Below are positions 63,001 through 64,000 of a stretch of 64,000 bases of DNA, one piece after another. Origin of the DNA: Fimbriosthenelais zetlandica (taxonomy: Eukaryota). The stretch lies in NCBI GenBank assembly GCA_977030845.1, contig OZ365113.1, positions 20,026,001 through 20,090,000 of the forward strand. The letters are read 5' to 3'. The notes beneath the pieces were generated by a model. It saw only the letters and a list, made by a program, of their open reading frames with translations, did no database searches and had not been told where the DNA came from. Made by a program: the position numbers and the translations under genes. The stretch's first letter is position 1; each line of letters opens with the position of its first letter.

Positions 63001-63847
63001 CATACATGGTATATGCAGGAAACCTATTACATGTAGTCCCAAAAGTATATTTATTTACCTTATTCAAGGATGGACGATGCTCAAGACGATAATCGGTAAG
63101 TATCACTAGGGAGCGGTCCCACTCTACATGTTCTTGGGATTGCCTGTGTGGGAAAAAAGATTTAATCAAAATATCGACATCCATCGAGTTTTTAGTTAGT
63201 GCCTGGTATATAGCACAAAATGCTCTCATGCTTTATATCACGGGACAGTGATTTATAAAATTAATTATGGCGTTGAAAAATGGTTGACTCACGTGTCTAT
63301 ATTGGATAGGACACGAGTAATGGCCGGGCCAGAGAACCTGGCGCGAATAATGACTTCACCGTCACTGCCGTCTTTAATGAACCCTCCATCCTCACACGGT
63401 CCACTCACTCCCTATAAAAAACAAACACGTATTTGTTATTGCATTAACGGCTAAGGCATAGCAATAACTTTCACTGATTATGTTTCTTCAGCAAAATATA
63501 CAGTATTAATTAGCACTTTTGCATTACCTTTGGCAACATGTTTCATGTTTTTCTTTCATGACTTAGTCACTAAATATATAAATCTGAGAATTTTAAGTGA
63601 TGTACCCAAGCTTAACCAAATATCTATATACACAGCACATCGACCATGAAAACCTAAACTATAGACAAAGAGATTGCTTTAGATTTTGTTTCATAATTTT
63701 ATGAAAACCTACCCGAATGAGATGAAGCAGCTTTCCAGGGGGTGGCTTTTCTGAGCCCAGTACAAATTGAAGGAGCCAGGGACGCAGTCTAAATATAGAC
63801 TTACTGGGTATCGTCTCAGGCTGCTGGAATGTATTTTGCCGATCCAT
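53952..63847 (-). CDS. ACD: Giant TPP1/ACD-like shelterin protein; join(63713-63847,63293-63411,63059-63143,62782-62870,62510-62563,62039-62367,54930-61444,53952-54065), 2479 aa
   Basis: Eight GT-AG exons with consistent phases (0,2,0,2,2,1,0) sum to 7440 nt. The first ~160 aa align by eye with the human TPP1 OB fold: LRPW, LGSE, GxLL, SDGxxxxR, LxxLxD, FxLxVxxF, CxxxxDVQxK. The last exon has LIRWAQDF, cf. human TPP1 C-terminal LMAWALHF. Confidence 0.8.
54930..61444 (-). CDS. ACD: ACD-like exon 7: 6515-nt giant exon encoding a ~2170-aa low-complexity S/E/K-rich region
   Basis: Acceptor gtcaatttctag|GA, donor CTG|GTGAGT. Stop-free throughout (ORF 54813-61274 extended upstream to the acceptor). 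Confidence 0.88.
55490..56260 (-). repeat. Coding minisatellite, 33-nt unit, ~22 copies of EVAKSTEVIST
   Basis: The plus-strand unit gtagagataacttcagttgacttcgccacttca is visible directly; 18 consecutive 11-aa units plus degenerate flanking copies. Confidence 0.95.
56790..57445 (-). repeat. Coding tandem repeat, 105-108-nt unit, 6 copies (KxVKSAKRKGERKxDSDSD(L)xMEDPEFIPEAMGK)
   Basis: Seen in the translation and in DNA (e.g. atcgcctc at 57136 and 57241). Confidence 0.93.
58500..58635 (-). repeat. Coding tandem repeat, 27-nt unit, ~5 copies of QESAMSEVA
   Basis: gcgctttcctgggcaacttcagacata-like units are visible on the plus strand. Confidence 0.9.
58735..60000 (-). repeat. Internal duplication of a ~95-aa module ending in an AT-hook (copies ~59720-60000 and ~58735-59000)
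   Basis: KFSSxxTRST...EDAC...SSLSPxQLRVN...SGGKTPxSGQQSPVKRGRGRPR occurs twice. Confidence 0.9.
61982..62051. repeat. 30-bp direct repeat (period 40) duplicating the exon 6 splice donor
   Basis: aataaatattgaaatacctttgtcaggccc at 61982-62011 and 62022-62051. Confidence 0.9.
62039..62367 (-). CDS. ACD: ACD-like exon 6 (Ser/Asp-rich linker, LAARSKST...TTGPDK)
   Basis: Acceptor acatttcag|A, donor AAAG|GTATTT; open in the frame fixed by exon 5. Confidence 0.8.
62510..62563 (-). CDS. ACD: ACD-like exon 5 (CMEMPDVQRKSAQLWMNWR)
   Basis: 54-nt symmetric phase-2 exon, tttcatttgtag|C...GAG|GTAAGA. DVQRK resembles human DVQKK. Confidence 0.82.
62782..62870 (-). CDS. ACD: ACD-like exon 4 (NDCFFELVVNGFKTWGNYTGCRMKSSLKY)
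   Basis: Acceptor ttattcccacag|AAC, donor TG|GTGAGT. FELVVNGF resembles human FYLQVDRF. Confidence 0.82.
63059..63143 (-). CDS. ACD: ACD-like exon 3 (QSQEHVEWDRSLVILTDYRLEHRPSLNK)
   Basis: Acceptor tttttcccacacag|G, donor AAG|GTAAAT; phases fit both neighbours. Confidence 0.82.
63293..63411 (-). CDS. ACD: ACD-like exon 2 (GVSGPCEDGGFIKDGSDGEVIIRARFSGPAITRVLSNIDT)
   Basis: Acceptor tttttatag|GGA, donor AC|GTGAGT. Contains the SDG motif of TPP1/Est3 OB folds. Confidence 0.82.
63713..63847 (-). CDS. ACD: ACD-like exon 1 (MDRQNTF...FRLRPWLLQFVLGSEKPPPGKLLHLIR)
   Basis: ATG in good context (ACAATGG). An acceptor ttttctcag at 63858 implies an upstream exon outside the window. Donor CGG|GTAGGT. 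Confidence 0.82.
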
Positions 63848-64000
63848 TGTTAATGATCTGAGAAAAGATAAAATCATAGATTACTCATTTAGTTTTTCAA
63901 CCAGATACATTTAACAGTACAGTAATTAAAATAGGCCTACTATTGATCAACGACTCACGGACTGATTGGATAGGGGGATCATGATCTAGACTAGAGACTA

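Noticed and set aside
1-64000. CRISPR arrays, rRNA, tRNA or intact transposase/RT genes
   Set aside because: None seen. The tandem repeats lack unique spacers, and no long ORF outside the two genes carries mobile-element motifs.

Overview
Metazoan (invertebrate-type, AT-rich, spliceosomal introns) genomic window with two multi-exon genes, both on the minus strand in the right-hand third, and about 45 kb of apparently non-coding DNA on the left. Gene 1 (45840-50319, possibly starting at 50711; 1023 or 1041 aa) is a single-pass receptor guanylyl cyclase. Its ectodomain is not the usual ANF/type I periplasmic-binding fold but a bacterial-type PstS phosphate-binding domain with every canonical phosphate-contact motif intact, making it a candidate extracellular phosphate receptor. 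Gene 2 (53952-63847, 8 coding exons, 2479 aa) has an N-terminal TPP1/ACD-like OB fold and a C-terminal TIN2-binding-like helix. These are separated by a ~2170-aa disordered insert encoded in one 6.5-kb exon that carries AT-hooks, PxVxL-like motifs and three tandem-repeat arrays: a giant shelterin TPP1. I could not assign any gene in 1-45800. That region holds repeat remnants, short palindromes, promoter/enhancer-like motif clusters and a strong excess of the octamer TAGGCCTA. All protein assignments come from manual exon assembly and recalled family motifs; no database search was run.
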